Positions 28,291 to 43,684 of a DNA stretch of 64,000 bases are shown here, in pieces. The translations under genes were made by a program, and so were the position numbers. Within the stretch, counting starts at the first letter, position 1. Each line of letters starts with the position of its first letter. Under the pieces are notes generated by a model. The model saw only the letters and a list, made by a program, of their open reading frames with translations. It was not told the DNA's origin and did no database searches. This DNA is from Octopus vulgaris (lineage: Eukaryota): NCBI GenBank assembly GCA_951406725.2, contig OX597828.1, forward strand, positions 30,008,001 through 30,072,000, given 5' to 3'.

Positions 28291-30849
28291 TATTATTATT
28301 ATTATTATTATCATTATTATTATTATCTATTGACCAATCAATTCAACGTTGATTTCAATTCGCCCTTCAGCGCCAAAATCTTTTCCTTAGCGTTAATATA
28401 GCATTTTTTGGAAACTACCAGCATGCAAAGACTTCCCGATTGAATGTAGTCTACAGTACAGAGGTGACAACAGGAAAGCATGGTTTTTATTATTATTATT
28501 TTTTCTTGTTAAAGTTCAGTTTTTCATCTCATCAACGACGCGTACACAGATGGTTACGATATATAATGAGATGTCTTACTTTCGGTATTCCAAAGTATTT
28601 CCACTTTGACCTTCTTTTGTGTTGTGCTCGAATTAGTCCCACTAGCGCGTTCTCCACAAAATGAGTACAGTAAATGGATATTTCGAAATCACTTTCTTTT
28701 GAAAATAAATGCAAAACATGTAATGACTTGCACTATCGTATTCGAAGGATATGAAGCAAGAAATGTATGATTGAAAATTAGAAACCTTCCATAATCTAAA
28801 CTATGTCTCTACACTCCAAGTGAATTCTAACAATTATAAAAACATTCAAAGGAAGGAATGTATATATTTTTTTTCTTTTTAAGAATGAAACTAACTGCAA
28901 CGTTTGCTTCGTGGAGGCTTTAATTTTTTTCAATACTCCACTTTGTCTCCAAAGAAGTCAATTTTAGCTAGAGGTAGATGGCATGAATTGATTTTAAAAG
29001 CAATACATTATGTATTAAGGGCACTGGCAAAAATAGCATGATTGATTACATGGTTAAAGAAGCAGGAATTCTAAACTTGTTAAATATGTGCATTTCAGAA
29101 ACTTTATTAGTGTTCACATAAAAACTATTTTAAAATTCCTTTTGCTTTTCGGCAAAAATGTTTCTGAGAAGCTGAATGCAAAAATTTTTGAAAAGGCGTG
29201 TTTGCCTGAGAGAAAATTTTGAAAAAGTGTATTCCATCCTACCTTAAATAAATAGAATTTCGCATAAAAATTTTATTTCTAGTAGTTCTTTGTAAAATAT
29301 TTCAAATTTAACATAAAGTACATGAAATACTGAAAATCGACCGAAGGTGATATGAAATAGAATATATTTTCACAGAGATACGCATTTATATGGTGAGAAG
29401 ATCGGTAAAAGTGGAGTTGTAAAATACAAACATGCTAACTCACACATACAAGCATATAGAGACTCACACTCCATATATGTATACGTTGTGGCAGCATTGT
29501 TACTGAAGAGGTTGATATCACATCAATACACTTGTGGAATGATTGATCGTTTATATATCCTGTATCTGAGTATGCAATGCGTGCGTAACGAATACATTTA
29601 GCGTTCAATCATCCTGTCTGCCGAGATGTATCTATATCCTGAGAATGTACACACTATAATCTACGTAATGAGACCGTTGTTAAACGCTTCGGTAAGTATA
29701 ATACTTTAGCACACCCGCCTCACTAGCTATGAAGAAATGAGTTTGTGATGTAAATGATAAACATATGATCAAATTAGGTACGATCAATTTTTTTGTCTAA
29801 CATGTCAGCTGGCTCCGCTTCGATCCACATAGTCAAACTCTAAGGTATACATTGATAGTTTCACAAAAAAAGTGACTCAGGGAAATGACTAGGTATTGAA
29901 AAATTGCGAAAAAATTGTTTGCAAAGTAAAACGAGATCGAATTTGCGTTTGAAGTAGTTGCAAATGCGATGCACTCCAAAAATTAGGATTTCTAGTTGTA
30001 ACACAATTCTGCATTTAAAAGTGAAATGGCGGACAAGGTTTTGAATGTAGAATACTGAGCACTATGTTTCTTTATATTTCATCTTTCACTGTCTCCAATT
30101 TAAATATGTTTCGCTTCACTCCCCTTCACTCAGAACTAGATTTCCACACGAACATAGTATCTAAGCTTACCAGTAAAATACTGATAAACATTTAGATGGT
30201 TACAATCACTTTCTGAAAAGGCTGATATGTTTGTATCGGTATATGTCAATACTACACTAGGAAATATGAGAAAACAGAACTACTAAAACATCAGGCTACA
30301 GTCTCTCATGTATTTAGATTATATCAACTGCAAACAGAGTTCAAATCTTACGAGGATCTTGGAACTTTTCTCAATCTGTTGCAATTGGCGGAAACGTACA
30401 GTGAGTTAGTTATGGTTTAACCGGGACAGCTGGTACTTCCCCTAGCAGATCTATCCTGAAGGCGTATACAGTATCTATCTAGTACTTGGTTATATTTTTT
30501 GTGAGTGCTCATAAATACAGTAAAACTGAAAACCAAGCAAACGATGATATAATCTTTCCAGTCCTGATTGTCCCACCAGTTCATTTATTTTCAGACAAAA
30601 TTGTCAGATGTTTTTTTTTTGTCTCTTGAAGTAGGTAGTGCACAATTTTTTGTGAGATTTATCTGCCATTACATTTAGATAGCGTAATCGCAGAAGACTA
30701 AGATTCTATCGTTGACAAATATTACATTGTTTTCTTGAGCCGTAGGTCACCTAAGTCTGAGTGCCCGGTTTCCATGGCACATAAATTATAATTTATTCAG
30801 ATCACAAAATCACCCTGAATGACACCGGTCTGTTACAGGGATCAATGTC

Positions 30850-31030
30850 AGCAATTTTCAGGGAAGGTGTAAGTTGATTATATTGATCACAGTACTTCAC
30901 TGTAGCGACCCCCTCCGAAGGCACGTGAGAAAAAAAAATTGACTTTGAGGAAAATTGAAATCATGTCGTCGAGAGCCTCAAGAAATGCTGTTAAGCATTT
31001 TGTTCAACATTATAACGATTCTGCTAGTCA
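30850..31030 (-). mobile_element. Highly degenerate SINE family B copy
   Basis: Residual GCGACCCCCTCCGAAGG, TTGACTTTG, TTAAGCATTT...CGATTCTGCTAG similarity. Confidence 0.45.
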
Positions 31031-31370
31031 CCAGACTAAATGTCATAAGGCAGTTATTTTAACAGACAATCCATTATCCTGGACAAAAATTGACGCATAA
31101 AGTCTATTAAGAAATTAAAATTATGCGAAATAAAAATTTTATCAACAACCAGCAGTCTGCAATGCACTAAGGAGCAATGTTAAAACATGATAAAATTGCA
31201 AAATATCGTGAGTAAGAAAGAAAATATCGATTTCTTGCGAAAACTATATCAAGGAAATATAATGTCTAAACTGAAACATTAAAACTGTAAAGGTGTGTGC
31301 ACACGCGCAAGCAGAGGATGTATATGTGTTGCCATACGCGTGCCATAACCCATAATCAATACATCCATAT

Positions 31371-31407
<37 letters not shown>

Positions 31408-31434
31408 ATATTAAATTAGAGATAAAACCACCAT

Positions 31435-31467
<33 letters not shown>

Positions 31468-31484
31468 GTATGTATATATATATG

Positions 31485-31571
<87 letters not shown>

Positions 31572-33181
31572 ATATATATACAAGTTTACACGCCTTGTGA
31601 TATGCCGTTAAAGCCCCTTCACAGAATTCAGTTACTTAATGTCATCAACATTTTGCCGGTATATGTCCTGGATTTACTTCAGGAATACATTTGTCTCTTT
31701 AGAGTTTATAAGAATAAGCGGGAAAGAAAATTAAATGCATGAGACTCATTAATATTCCCTACACTCGTTTTGACTCAATGTGCATCGCTGTCTCGCGGGT
31801 AAAATGCTGTGCAAACAGTTGCAGTGCATCTTAAGTGCAGATGTGCCTTGTCTGGTGACTCATTGCTACTAGTCTGTCTAAAATTGTTTTTTTTATGTTT
31901 CTCTAGACCTGACATCCTCCTCTTATAAACCTTACCATGAGGCTAAAGAGAAACTTTGTCACCACACAACAGTGTCTGAAAACCTGGTAGTTAAGATTAG
32001 TAACAGAGTCTCTAACTTCACTTTCGCTTTTTTGAGAAAGCGGCTCACTACTTCAGCAATGCACTAGCCAATAATGACTTTAAGGATAAATTAATATATA
32101 ACCCCCTAATATTTAAAGGAATAAGAATAATAGACCTCAAAATAGACCTAAGAAAATAATTTGGCCCGCCTCCCCCTCTTTTCACTTAATGTAAAAGCTA
32201 CCATGGGTAAAATATGCCTATTTCCAGAAAATCACAGGTACAGGGAATATTTAACGAGGGCCCAGTGACATTACTATATAACTGTGCCCCAGAATGAAAA
32301 GCAACATTACATCAGGAGCCCACTCCCAGTTGCAACTGTGGAGATCCTAGAAAAGTGACCACTCGACCTGGGATATATGATTAAATCCGTCATATATGAG
32401 GGAGAAGGTACAGCAACGCTAGATGATGACAAACCGATAAGAAGAGCTATATGAAATTCTGTGAACGCGAATTCAAAAATCGCTATGCTAATCACATCTT
32501 CTTTCTGACACGGGGACAAATTAAAGCTGCTACATTAGCTACCTATGTATGGGGTTTGAAGTCGAGCGCCACATCACATACGATAAAGTGGAAAATAGTA
32601 AAAAAAATCCACATCATATGTTAACGCTTCAAAAATATATAAGGTATGCGTTGCTGAAAGAACTGAGATAATTTTCATATCTAAGAATTCTAACAAACTA
32701 CTGAATACTACTATATCCGAAATTTTCAGCCTTTGTAAGCATATGGCTAAGTTCCTATTAGCGAACTGGAAAGTACCACGTTCTCTGAATTGAATAGCTG
32801 TACCATAGACTCTAAGGTACTAAATTTTCAGCTTCATATTTTACAAAGGGGAAATAACTCTAACCCTGCATTTGCTTCTTTTGTTTTTGTTTTTAGTATC
32901 TACTTCTTTCTCGCCATTTCTTGCTTCTTCTCTCATCCAATCGTTTTAGTTTGATATGCCATGTGGGCAGTGTCTGAATATTGCGCCGAGATACTACACG
33001 TGTTAAGAATATTGTCTAGCATGCTCTGATTGCATGAAACAAAGAGTGGCACATAAAAAATATATATTGTGTTCGTTAAATAATATATATATATATGTGT
33101 GTGTGTGTATAAATATTACATATATATATACATATATACACATACATATATATATAATAACATGACTATATATATATATAC

Positions 33182-33260
<79 letters not shown>

Positions 33261-33560
33261 AGTTATTTATATTCTGTTAAAAACATAGTAGAGTAAGTTA
33301 TAAAGCTCGTCCACCTGAAGATTTCACCCCTTGTTGTCCAGTAGAAGAATTATACGTACTTGCAGGTTGGCGTTTGGGCATCTGTCGTGTGTGAATAGGT
33401 TAGTGACAAAATGGAGTCTCTCTCTTTCTTTGTGTATATACACACATATATTCATATATAAATATATACATGCATGCATATATGTGTGTATAGATATACG
33501 TATGTAGATATATTGATACACACATACACACGCATACACACATGTAAATTTGTATGTATT

Positions 33561-33596
<36 letters not shown>

Positions 33597-35702
33597 TGAA
33601 TATGTGTATATGTATATTGAGAGAGAAAGAGAGAGACATGTTTGTGAGTTTGTAATAGTTTGTGTGTGACGTGTGTGTGTGCGTAGGCACGAGAATATAT
33701 GCTAAGACATAACGTATAGGGGGCCAGGAATGATCCGCCCTGATTTTTCCTGTCCGTCTTTGTATAGACAATCTGTCCGTATGTTTTTTTATTGTCGTCT
33801 GTTAAGTTCTTTTTCCGTTTTTTTCTTTTTTTTTTGGTGGGGTGTTATATATATATCGGCGTACGTACCCCTTTTGCTCATCTTGTAAAATTCATTGATC
33901 CACTTAGTTCACTATATTGATTTTACATTAAATGCCATCCTGAAAGACCACTCTGTGCTAGTCCCCCTGCTTCTCATTTAAGTTTTCTCTGTTGTATTTT
34001 AAGGTCAATTCACGGAGAAACTGAATACAAAGGGCTTTGTTTGTTTTTTTCTGCTTTCCTCATTTTTCCCATTTTTAAAACTTCGATCGCCATTCTACCG
34101 GCTTGAATTTCCTTCGGAGAGACAAACCTGTACCAAAACTCTGACTTATCTACTAAATTTCCATACATACACACAAACGGTAAAACACACACACACACAC
34201 AGCTATACGTTGTATGAGTTTGGTCAATTCTGTGTTGTTAATAAAAAATCGGAGTCATGTTTGAAGTTTTGAGACAAGCAATATTATACCGCAACGTATT
34301 TCGTTAAATTATTATCCCAGCTCCAAAACTTATTTTCGTGAATTTATCGCTAGAACTCATTCTGGGAGACAATTAGCTTGCTTATTTGCACGAAGAATAA
34401 GTTTTAAGCTCACTTGTCGATACACCATTTCTTTAACACTGTATGGGTAAAAGTTTTTTTTTCTACTTTCTCCCGAAATTTAAACATCAAATTTTCATAT
34501 AACCAGTTAGTAAATAAAATCTAACAAGCATATGGATTTTTAGCAGATTCAAAACATAGAAAATGCATTATCGCCTTAATCTGGATATTCATAGGTAAAG
34601 GAGAATTACAATTTAACCTTTTTTTTTCAATTTTGAGATATTGTTCGTGAATCCAACCTTCATTGTATGGTATTACGTTTTTCATGAGAATAAAGAAACG
34701 TTTGCGTCTGCAATCGAATGAATGGATATATTGTGTATAACGGGGTTTTGACGAAGTTTTCTCTTAACCAGATATGCATCTATTCCGTATCAGCCATTGG
34801 TCTAACGTCACCTTTTCTTTATTCAAAATATTGAACAGTAATTTTGCATCAAGAGTGAAGAATATTGTGTTTTTAACTGTGTATTCAGTATGAAGTAATT
34901 ATGTAATGTAGGGGTGTAATTGTTCCCGATTTATATGTACATACTAACAAAAAAGGTATAGGCATTTTTCAATATATACATAAAATATTTCTTTTAGTAC
35001 CTGTGAAGTTGGGAAGTGAATGGTTACCAACTTCAGAAAGCTGCTTGATATGATTGTCTATAACATTTCATAGATTATACATTGGTACCTTTCTACTTCA
35101 ATGGAGAATTGTATTTCGGTCTGCTTCTGTTCATGTTGAACATTACTACTGAATTTAATGACCGAAAGTTAATAGGATAAAAAGCAATATCGTATGAACA
35201 AGAGCAATAGGAGAAGCTTGTGTTACTGATCGTATGAGTTAGATGTGTTTTATGTGTTTCCGTATAGTCTATAAAGAGAATGCTTCTTTCAGGGTTAGTG
35301 TGTTCATCATGAGTCTAATATGTACGGATCGGTAAGAATAATTTTCCGTACAGAGTGGGTATGTATACTTTGGTTTGTCTATACGTGCCACATGGATAAA
35401 TAAATATATGTACGTTTGTGTGCGCGCATGTATATGAACGAGTATATAGTTTGGCTCGCCTCTATATATCTTGTGGGCATGAGCGAAAAAGTGATGTACT
35501 TCTTGATTTCGGTTTGGGAGCGAACATATCTTCACAACGGTAGCAGCATTTTTGTTTTATATTCTGCAGCTTGGAGACCTTTGGGGGTTCAGTTTGTGAA
35601 CGCTGGACGTTCTCCGTCAAGCAGTTCTAGAAGATCAAACACAATACCAGTATATTTAAGGGAACTCCTTGAAACTCTCCAACAGCATGTATTTGCAATA
35701 TT

Positions 35703-35751
<49 letters not shown>

Positions 35752-36000
35752 GCTGTTTTGTTGTGGCGGTTCCGCTTGTGGCTGACAGACTAAGTACATC
35801 TTGTCAGGGAGATCTGCGAAAAGTCGACAGCTTTGTCGTATCGGTTTCCCGAAATCCATGTTTCTCGGGTCTTGTAGCAATGAATGTAGAAATTTCTATG
35901 AAAAGCCAGCCCTCTAGAAACGTTTGAGTTCCCTACCATGTATGGAACATACTCTCTAGGCCTCAGAGTTCCATTGAGATCTTTAACAACACTAGAGCAT

Positions 36001-36126
36001 ACAGTTCTATATCTAAGAGATGAGGAATTATGTACATTATTCATATTTGACGGATATTTGTCCTCATCTTGTTTGATGTTAACACAACATTTCAACTGGT
36101 ATACCCTCCAGCCTCCACCAGGTGTC
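36001..36126 (-). mobile_element. Penelope-pLTR-like short unit with degenerate hammerhead
   Basis: Minus strand GACAC-CTGGTGG-AGGCTGG..CCAGTT-GAAAT-GTT-GTGTT; homologous to 36989-37069. Confidence 0.7.
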
Positions 36127-36170
36127 ATATGCCCACGGGCATATGACATAGTGGTTAAGAGCAGTGACCG

Positions 36171-36332
<162 letters not shown>

Positions 36333-36357
36333 TAATAATAATGATAATAATAATAAT

Positions 36358-36802
36358 CTTATGGCATTTTATGATTCAGTGCGACCATGAAATAGAGAAT
36401 AGGAAGCCAGACATAGTCTTAATTGAAAAAGAAAGCAAACGATGCTGGATCGTAGATATAGGTTGCCCAGCTGACAGCAAGGTATGTGATAAGGGAGAAA
36501 GAAAAGTCAATAGATATGACTGGTTAGCTTGGGAAGTTAAGCAGTTGTGGTCGATGAAAAAGGTAGCAGTAGTACCAATACTCGTCGAAACCCTTGGAAC
36601 AGTGAGCAAAAATCTCGAGAGGTACGTGGAATAAATAGGGGCTGCAATAAGGGTGGAGCATTTGCAGAAAACAACAGCATTGCTTGGAACCGCCCGAAAA
36701 TTTAGGAAGGTGCTCGAAGAATAAGAGGCGTTACCTTACTTCCCTGGTAGTGAACAGCTGACACCTTAGTATATCTACAGTGTCAGACGCTGTGCAAAGG
36801 CA
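36358..36802 (+). mobile_element. R4/Dong-type LINE 3' end (RLE plus 3'UTR type 3) in (AAT)n
   Basis: LWHFMIQCDHEIENRKPDIVLIEKESKRCWIVDIGCPAD...ALLGTARKFRKVLEE; (AAT)n on both sides. Confidence 0.92.
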
Positions 36803-36823
36803 ATGATGATGATGATAATAATG

Positions 36824-36899
<76 letters not shown>

Positions 36900-36940
36900 T
36901 GATGATGATAATAATAATTAATAACAACAACAACAACAAC

Positions 36941-37069
36941 ATTGAAAAATACCTTAAGAATGAGAACCCACGTTCGAAATTTCCCCAAGACACCCGATGA
37001 AGGCTGCAGAGTATATCAAGAAACAAGATGAGGACAAATATCCGTCAAATGTAAATAATGTAAATAATG
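36941..37069 (+). mobile_element. Penelope-pLTR-like short unit with degenerate hammerhead (inverted partner of 36001-36126)
   Basis: GACAC-CCGATGA-AGGCTGC...GAAAC, then AAGATGAGGACAAATATCCGTCAAAT shared with the partner. Confidence 0.7.
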
Positions 37070-38639
37070 AACAGTAGAGCATAGTTGGAATAGCCATATC
37101 TAGTTATTTAATATTTTATAGCAGAAATTATGTTACTTTGTTCTCATATATTAAACAAACTGATAATTGTTGATTAAAGTGGATTCCTTGTGCTTACAGG
37201 AATGATATTTTCTTTAAAGCTAATTCATCATCATACTGTGGATCAACTGGAATATTTGCTACATTGGCAATAGACACATATAGATCATTATTGAAAGTTG
37301 AAATCCGCCGGAATATAAAAGACAAAACTTTATCTCATCAGCTTGACCAAACGGTATGAAATCTGTGAATAACGACATAAAGTACATTGTCACTGTATCA
37401 TATATTTGTAATGGAAATCCCATTATTTTTACGTGTAATTGATGAATATGCGTGCATATATTTCATCCACAGGGTATTCGAAATTAAAGAGGAAGAGGTG
37501 ATTAAAATAAACCGTGTTAGCGTCCATCTGCATTCTGCACACTTTACCATTTCTGCCATCTTGTTACGTGCAGGCTGAGGTAGAGTATTGTAATTATGAA
37601 CTCCAGAATATTATGTTCGACTTTTAAAATGTCTCACCTAAAATGAATTAATTAGGGAGAGTTATGTTATCTATCAAGTTAGGGAAATAATATACGGTGA
37701 TATAAAATGCGATTAATTGTTATTGGTAGACTTAAATCTGTTTGAATATTCATTAACCCGGTGAGTTTTACGTTTGGGTGTAGGTTGTATAGGAATAAAT
37801 ATGTTCATATGTTTTCAAGAGAGCTTATTATAAAACAACCAATAAAATTAGACGAAAAAACTTACACAACACCAAAAATAAACAATGTGAAGGAAAATGA
37901 AAGAAAAGCATTTAATCGATTTTCTTGTGAACAAAACAAAAATTATATTACTAAGATTACAAAAAAAGATAAAGTTAAACAGAAACAGAAGCTCACAGAT
38001 AACAAAAGGCCATTAATGATTTATAGCTATAGACAGAATGAAGTTTTAATCAAAACATCTGAAAATCGTTGTAAATGTAACTACTGTCCCCACCCCTCAC
38101 ATCACATTCCATTCTACACCTACATAATTATTTATCTAGGTATTCATCTAGGTATTTATGTATTTGAGGCTATTAGGTTAGACATAGCCTGATGTATGGC
38201 CTGTATTACACACATTCCCCACTCCGCTACCTTATATATATGTGTATATGAGTGTGTGTATGCGTGTATCTGCACGCGTGTATGGGTTTCCTGTGTGTGC
38301 GTGTATGTATATATATATATGTGTGTGTGTGTATGTGTATATGTGTATATGCGTTTATTTGTTTAAATAACGCGGATTGATGTGTATATATATTTATATA
38401 CGATTTTTAATGTATATATATATAACAATCTAAATATCTAGATATCGAGAAAATATATCCATTTTGCAATACTGATTTATCAGCCTCTGCAAAGGTAATT
38501 AAATACCCTGCAGAAAATCACATTCGGGGAAAAATCCACATTCTGGACGACTCATTAAAAGGAACAAAAACAATGAATCCAATAAAATGTGGGAACGCTC
38601 TCTTCAATTTACAGTGAAGCTGTATATATACAACGTAGC

Positions 38640-38959
38640 ACTCCGTCGATAACGGGTTTCCAGTCGATCCGATCAACGGAACAGCTTGCTCGTGAGATTA
38701 ACGTGCAAATGGCTGAGCGCTCCACAGACACGTGTACCCTTAACGTAGTTCTCCGGAAGATTCAGCGTGACACAAGAGTGTGACAAAGCTGGACTTTTGA
38801 AATACAGGTAAAACAAAAACAGGAAGAAAGAGTGTGAGAAAGTTGTGGTGAAAGAGTACAGAAGGGTTCGTCACCCTACTCACAACGCCCGGTCTGGGAA
38901 TCGAAGCCACGATCCTACGGTTGTGTGTCCGCTGCCCTAACCACTGGGCCATTGTGTCT
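38640..38959 (-). mobile_element. tRNA-headed SINE (family C-type head, different tail)
   Basis: Minus strand TGGCCCAGTGGTTAGG A box, GCTTCGATTCCC B box, AGACCGGGCG; central purine block shared with 59320-59625. Confidence 0.8.
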
Positions 38960-39536
38960 GTCTCTCTCTCTCTCACACACACATCTTGTAAATGAGAGAC
39001 GGAGGTGTTAGCATCGATCCCTCCCAGGTGGAATACTTAACAACTTAACAACTGGAATACTTAACAACGGCGGTGCCGTTGTGTCTTATCGAGTGAGAAA
39101 TAGATACAAATCTTTATATATACCTGTTCCACAATGTAAAGTAAAGCAATAATGATTCCAGATGTGTCGAACCAATGATCGTTATCAATAAAAACTCTCT
39201 TATCTTCCATCGTCCATCTTGTCAAGAGTAACAAAAAACAGAGACAGAGAAAAGCAGAAACAAGGAAAATGCCCCTTGTATTTGAATATTATGGAAATAG
39301 TTTTTTTTTTAATCTTTTCATTTAATTTTTCCACAATTTAATCGTTTTCCATATAAAGAGATGAACAAGTCTCAATGAATGAAACTGGTACTGAAATGAC
39401 CCAGCTTAGCCATTCAGAGATGTACTTTATATTAAAAATACTGCGTATAATATTTACGAAACGTAGATTCCAGGATAGTTTACTTTAGTCTTTGTTACTC
39501 ACATTTTTAAACATATTGATACATATATCGACGCAC

Positions 39537-39546
39537 GCACACACAA

Positions 39547-39577
<31 letters not shown>

Positions 39578-39760
39578 AACACATATATATATACATATAT
39601 ACGACGGGCTTCTTTCAGGTTCCGTCTACCAAATCCACTCACAAGGCTTCGGTCGGCCCAAGACAATAGTAGAAGACATTAGCCCAAGGTGCCACGCAGT
39701 GGGACTAAACCCGGAATCATGTTGTTAGTAAGCAAGCTACTTACCACACGGCCACTCCTA
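39537..39760 (-). mobile_element. SINE family A, 5' half
   Basis: ACGACGGGCTTCTTTCAG...CCAAGGTGCCACGCAGTGGG...GCCACTCCT. Confidence 0.88.
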
Positions 39761-40326
39761 TTTATGTAGGAGTGGCTGTATATATATATATACAGCGGCT
39801 GTATATATATATATATATATATAAAGAGAAATATATGTGCGTCTATATGTTGATGATTGTCAGTGTGAATTGTTACTCACGAGCCTACACTCTCCTTAGG
39901 TGGTAACTAGTCTAAGTCCTCTCGACTTGTAAATATTTTTGAAAATACAAAACTACCCTACGAAGGGAACGCCAATTTGTCGCTGCGTAACGATATAATT
40001 CATGCTAATTTATAGATATGGTGAGAGGCGCATTATGAAATTATTTCTACACATTCAAGGAAAAAAGTGTGGCGAGTATTCCGAAATTTGATCTCATGAT
40101 CCAACGATTTGAATCTGATCTCCCTTGCGATCAACTCACTCACTTTCATAGTCAGGAGGGCACAGAGACTTTGCTCTGTCTCCTTTTTTTCTGAAAAGGA
40201 GCTTTACTCGAAACGTAAAGCAGCCTTTCTTTCCTTCCCTGAGCGTCTTATTAATACTTTGCATGTACTAGGTCCTCGCGTTGTTGCTTTGTTCTTGGGT
40301 TTCATTTCCGTTTGTTTTGGATTAAC

Positions 40327-40399
<73 letters not shown>

Positions 40400-40568
40400 T
40401 TAGAGACAAAACAGCTATTAATATTATATAATATTTTACTATAGAATTGGATTCAATCCTAAATCTGATTTTTCCCTGTAAATTTGGATTTATTCCCTAA
40501 TATTTATTATTATATACATACATATATATACATATATATATGTGTATGTATATATATATATGTGTGTG

Positions 40569-40608
<40 letters not shown>

Positions 40609-41213
40609 ACCATATACACATACACACATTTATATATACCATTAATACAAACACTCATGCGCACACATACATGGGGAAGTGTGCCTGAAAAAAGTCTCTT
40701 TCAACATTGTTTCTATGTACATTATTTTTCCTTGCGCATTCTATTAGTATCATTATTGTCCATATACGTATTTTCTTATCTAATATTATGCCGACAATAG
40801 TCTACGATTCTATTCCTTATCTGTGCTTGCTTCTAGAACATAAATTTACATTCTCCATAGATTCTACTAGTTTTATTTATGATTTTCTGAAGGGATGAAA
40901 AAATTATATATCGAATAGAGTCATACATATGCACAAAGGAATGCGTCCGTTACCAATGAAACAAGTGCTGGTCTATGTTGGTAAATGTTATTGAATAATG
41001 CTGTTTTAATTCTAAATTGGCATGCTGGTAGCTGAGTTCCATATGACATCTTGACGTGTTGCCTTGCAAATATTTTTGAAACGATTTGATTGTACAGTGT
41101 TGCACGAGAGATTTTAAGAATGAATTCATTAGAAAATGTGGTCAAAATTTTAGGTACGATGACTACTTTTTCTTATTTGCAGGTTTTCTAGGTACGTTTT
41201 AGTTAACTCAATA

Positions 41214-42474
41214 CAAAGTACTTTCAAACATTATGCGAAATTTGAGCAAAGTAAACAGTACAATTGACCATATTTTGAAAATTTTATTTAGTCACCTTCA
41301 AAATACACCCCTTGGGAATTCATACACTTCTCGCAGTTCTGCTACGGCTGGTAAATCTAGATGGCTATCGAGCTCCATAATTTCTTCTTGCGACTCAAAG
41401 TGCTGCCCTTTCCGCGTGTCTTACAGATTAAGGAAGAGCCAAACGTCACATGGCGCTAAGTCGGGAGAGTAGGGAGTAGAGTGGGGTTGTTTTTCAACAG
41501 AAAAACTTGAATTATGTGGGCCTGATTAGCAGTGCATTGTCGTTCTGAAATAGCTAATTATTCGCCGCTCACATGTTCGGCCGCTTTCGATGCTTTCGCG
41601 AAAGCAATGCATAGACTCCAGGTAGCATTCCTTGTTGATTGTTTGGTCTTGCGGTACGTATTCATGATGCACAACACCACAAGAGGGAAAGAAACGGAGC
41701 CACATTACCTTCACATTGCTGCGATACTATCGTATATTTTTGGGCCTTGGAGATGATGGATGCTTCCATTCGGTGGACTGTGTCGTAACAATAAACCTGT
41801 CTCATCACCAGGGATAATAGTCATAAAATCTGTGTCGTGCTTTGCACAGTCCATCATCTGAGCGATTTCCATGCTGAGTTGCTCCTGCTGTTGCGGCCCC
41901 ACATTGGGGACAAATTTTGCCGACACTTTACACATACACAAATCCTTCATTAAAATGGAATTCAATGACGCTGTGATCATTCCCGATTCATGAGGATTTT
42001 CTGGATTGTTCCACGACGGCCTTTCATGAATATTCGTCGAACTTTCTCAATCGGCTCCTCGTTTCGGCTGGTGGATGACCTGCCTAAACGTGCTTCACTC
42101 TGCTCTCAGATGAGGCCACGTTTGAAGCGGTTGCATCACTCCTTGATCAGAGTTTTTGCTCATGACTTCACTGCCACCAGCCTACAGAGCCTCCTGGATG
42201 GCTTTAGCCTGAGCCTCACCACACCTCTGGCAAAACTTGATGCAATATCTCTACTCGAAACTGTCAGTCAACGTGTGTGGAAGTGAAATCCGATGAGCAC
42301 GTACTACAAAGCTGTACTGTAGGCGAAACAGACGGGGACGACCGAAGCGATTTACCGATGTGAAAACATTCTTGCATGTGCCGAAAGGGTGGTGTCACTG
42401 CCCACCCAAAGGATTTTGCCACGTAGTATGAATTTTGGCGGAAACTTTAAGTCGCATATTTTTGAACACACCTG
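41214..42474 (-). mobile_element. Degenerate mariner (DD34D) transposon
   Basis: Frameshifted KVSAKFVP, IIPGDET, VVHHEYVPQDQTINKECYLE, CDVWLF motifs; decayed TIRs (TTCAAACATTATGCGA / TCGCATATTTTTGAA). Confidence 0.85.
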
Positions 42475-42602
42475 CCAGACATAAAGTTTGTTGTTAGCTG
42501 CGAAAAATACTGTTTTGTCCATTGAAGAAAATGTCTGGGTCGCTCGAAAAAGGAACAAAAAAAAATTTTTTAAGTGGATGGGGAAAGATAGATGGATAGA
42601 AG

Positions 42603-42685
<83 letters not shown>

Positions 42686-43684
42686 TGAGAGAGGGTAAGA
42701 GTGTGAAGGGAAGAGATATTTTAATTTATTCCAGTAGAGATTTATCGAATCTTACGTGTGTGGTCTCGGCGAAAACCAGTTGCAAAATCCTAACGCAATA
42801 ATAGAAGTTGTAATTTAAAATCAAGTAATCAGACAAAACAGGTGATAGTCTTTCTCGGCACCAATTAGAACATGAAAGATTTACATAAAAGTGTTGGGTA
42901 AATTTAATTGACGTTAAAGTCCTTCCACAGAAAGTTTATAACAGGAGAGAAGGTGTTGTTGACTTCTGTACTGTCAACTAAACAACACAAATAGAAGAAG
43001 CGTCTGAGTTATCGCTACACTTGCAAGAGACAATAGTGAAATCAACCAGGAATCACATTGTACTGTCGTAAAGAAATGAAGAAATATATTGAGTATGGCA
43101 TTTCGGTGTAACTCATGTTTTAAAACGACGGGATTTTTACCAGCGTTGAGCAAGATAAGGGACAATATGAGGTTAATCAACAATACCCCCCCAAAAAAAA
43201 AATTAGAAAAGCAACGATAATAAAACAACAACTAATAGATGGATTGCGCGCGCACACACACACACACTCATACATATATTCTAAATAATTAATACGGAAG
43301 ACTGTACTGAAAGCTTTATTTAGGACAACTATCCTTTCGGCGTACTTCTGCACTGCTCCCTACAGAGTATGAGATGATGAAATGGAATTGAATGCACCCC
43401 TTATTGCAGAGGAAACATCCTCAGTCCGCATAAAGCGGTTCAGTTTAATAAGATACATATTTGGCTGATATGAGTGGCAAGATGATGCTGGCTTTCTTGT
43501 GTGCGTTAGTAGTTCACCAGTAGATTAATGAGGCAGGATTTGTGGTGTATATGTAGGGATGTAAAGTAATAAATGTAAAGAAATAATAGAATGTTCAGAA
43601 TGGCTTTTGATTGAAAAGGGTTCAAGTTTGTGGACTGCTGTGATGGGTAGTCTTGCGTATCATTCGTAGCAATGTGGTCGAGAA

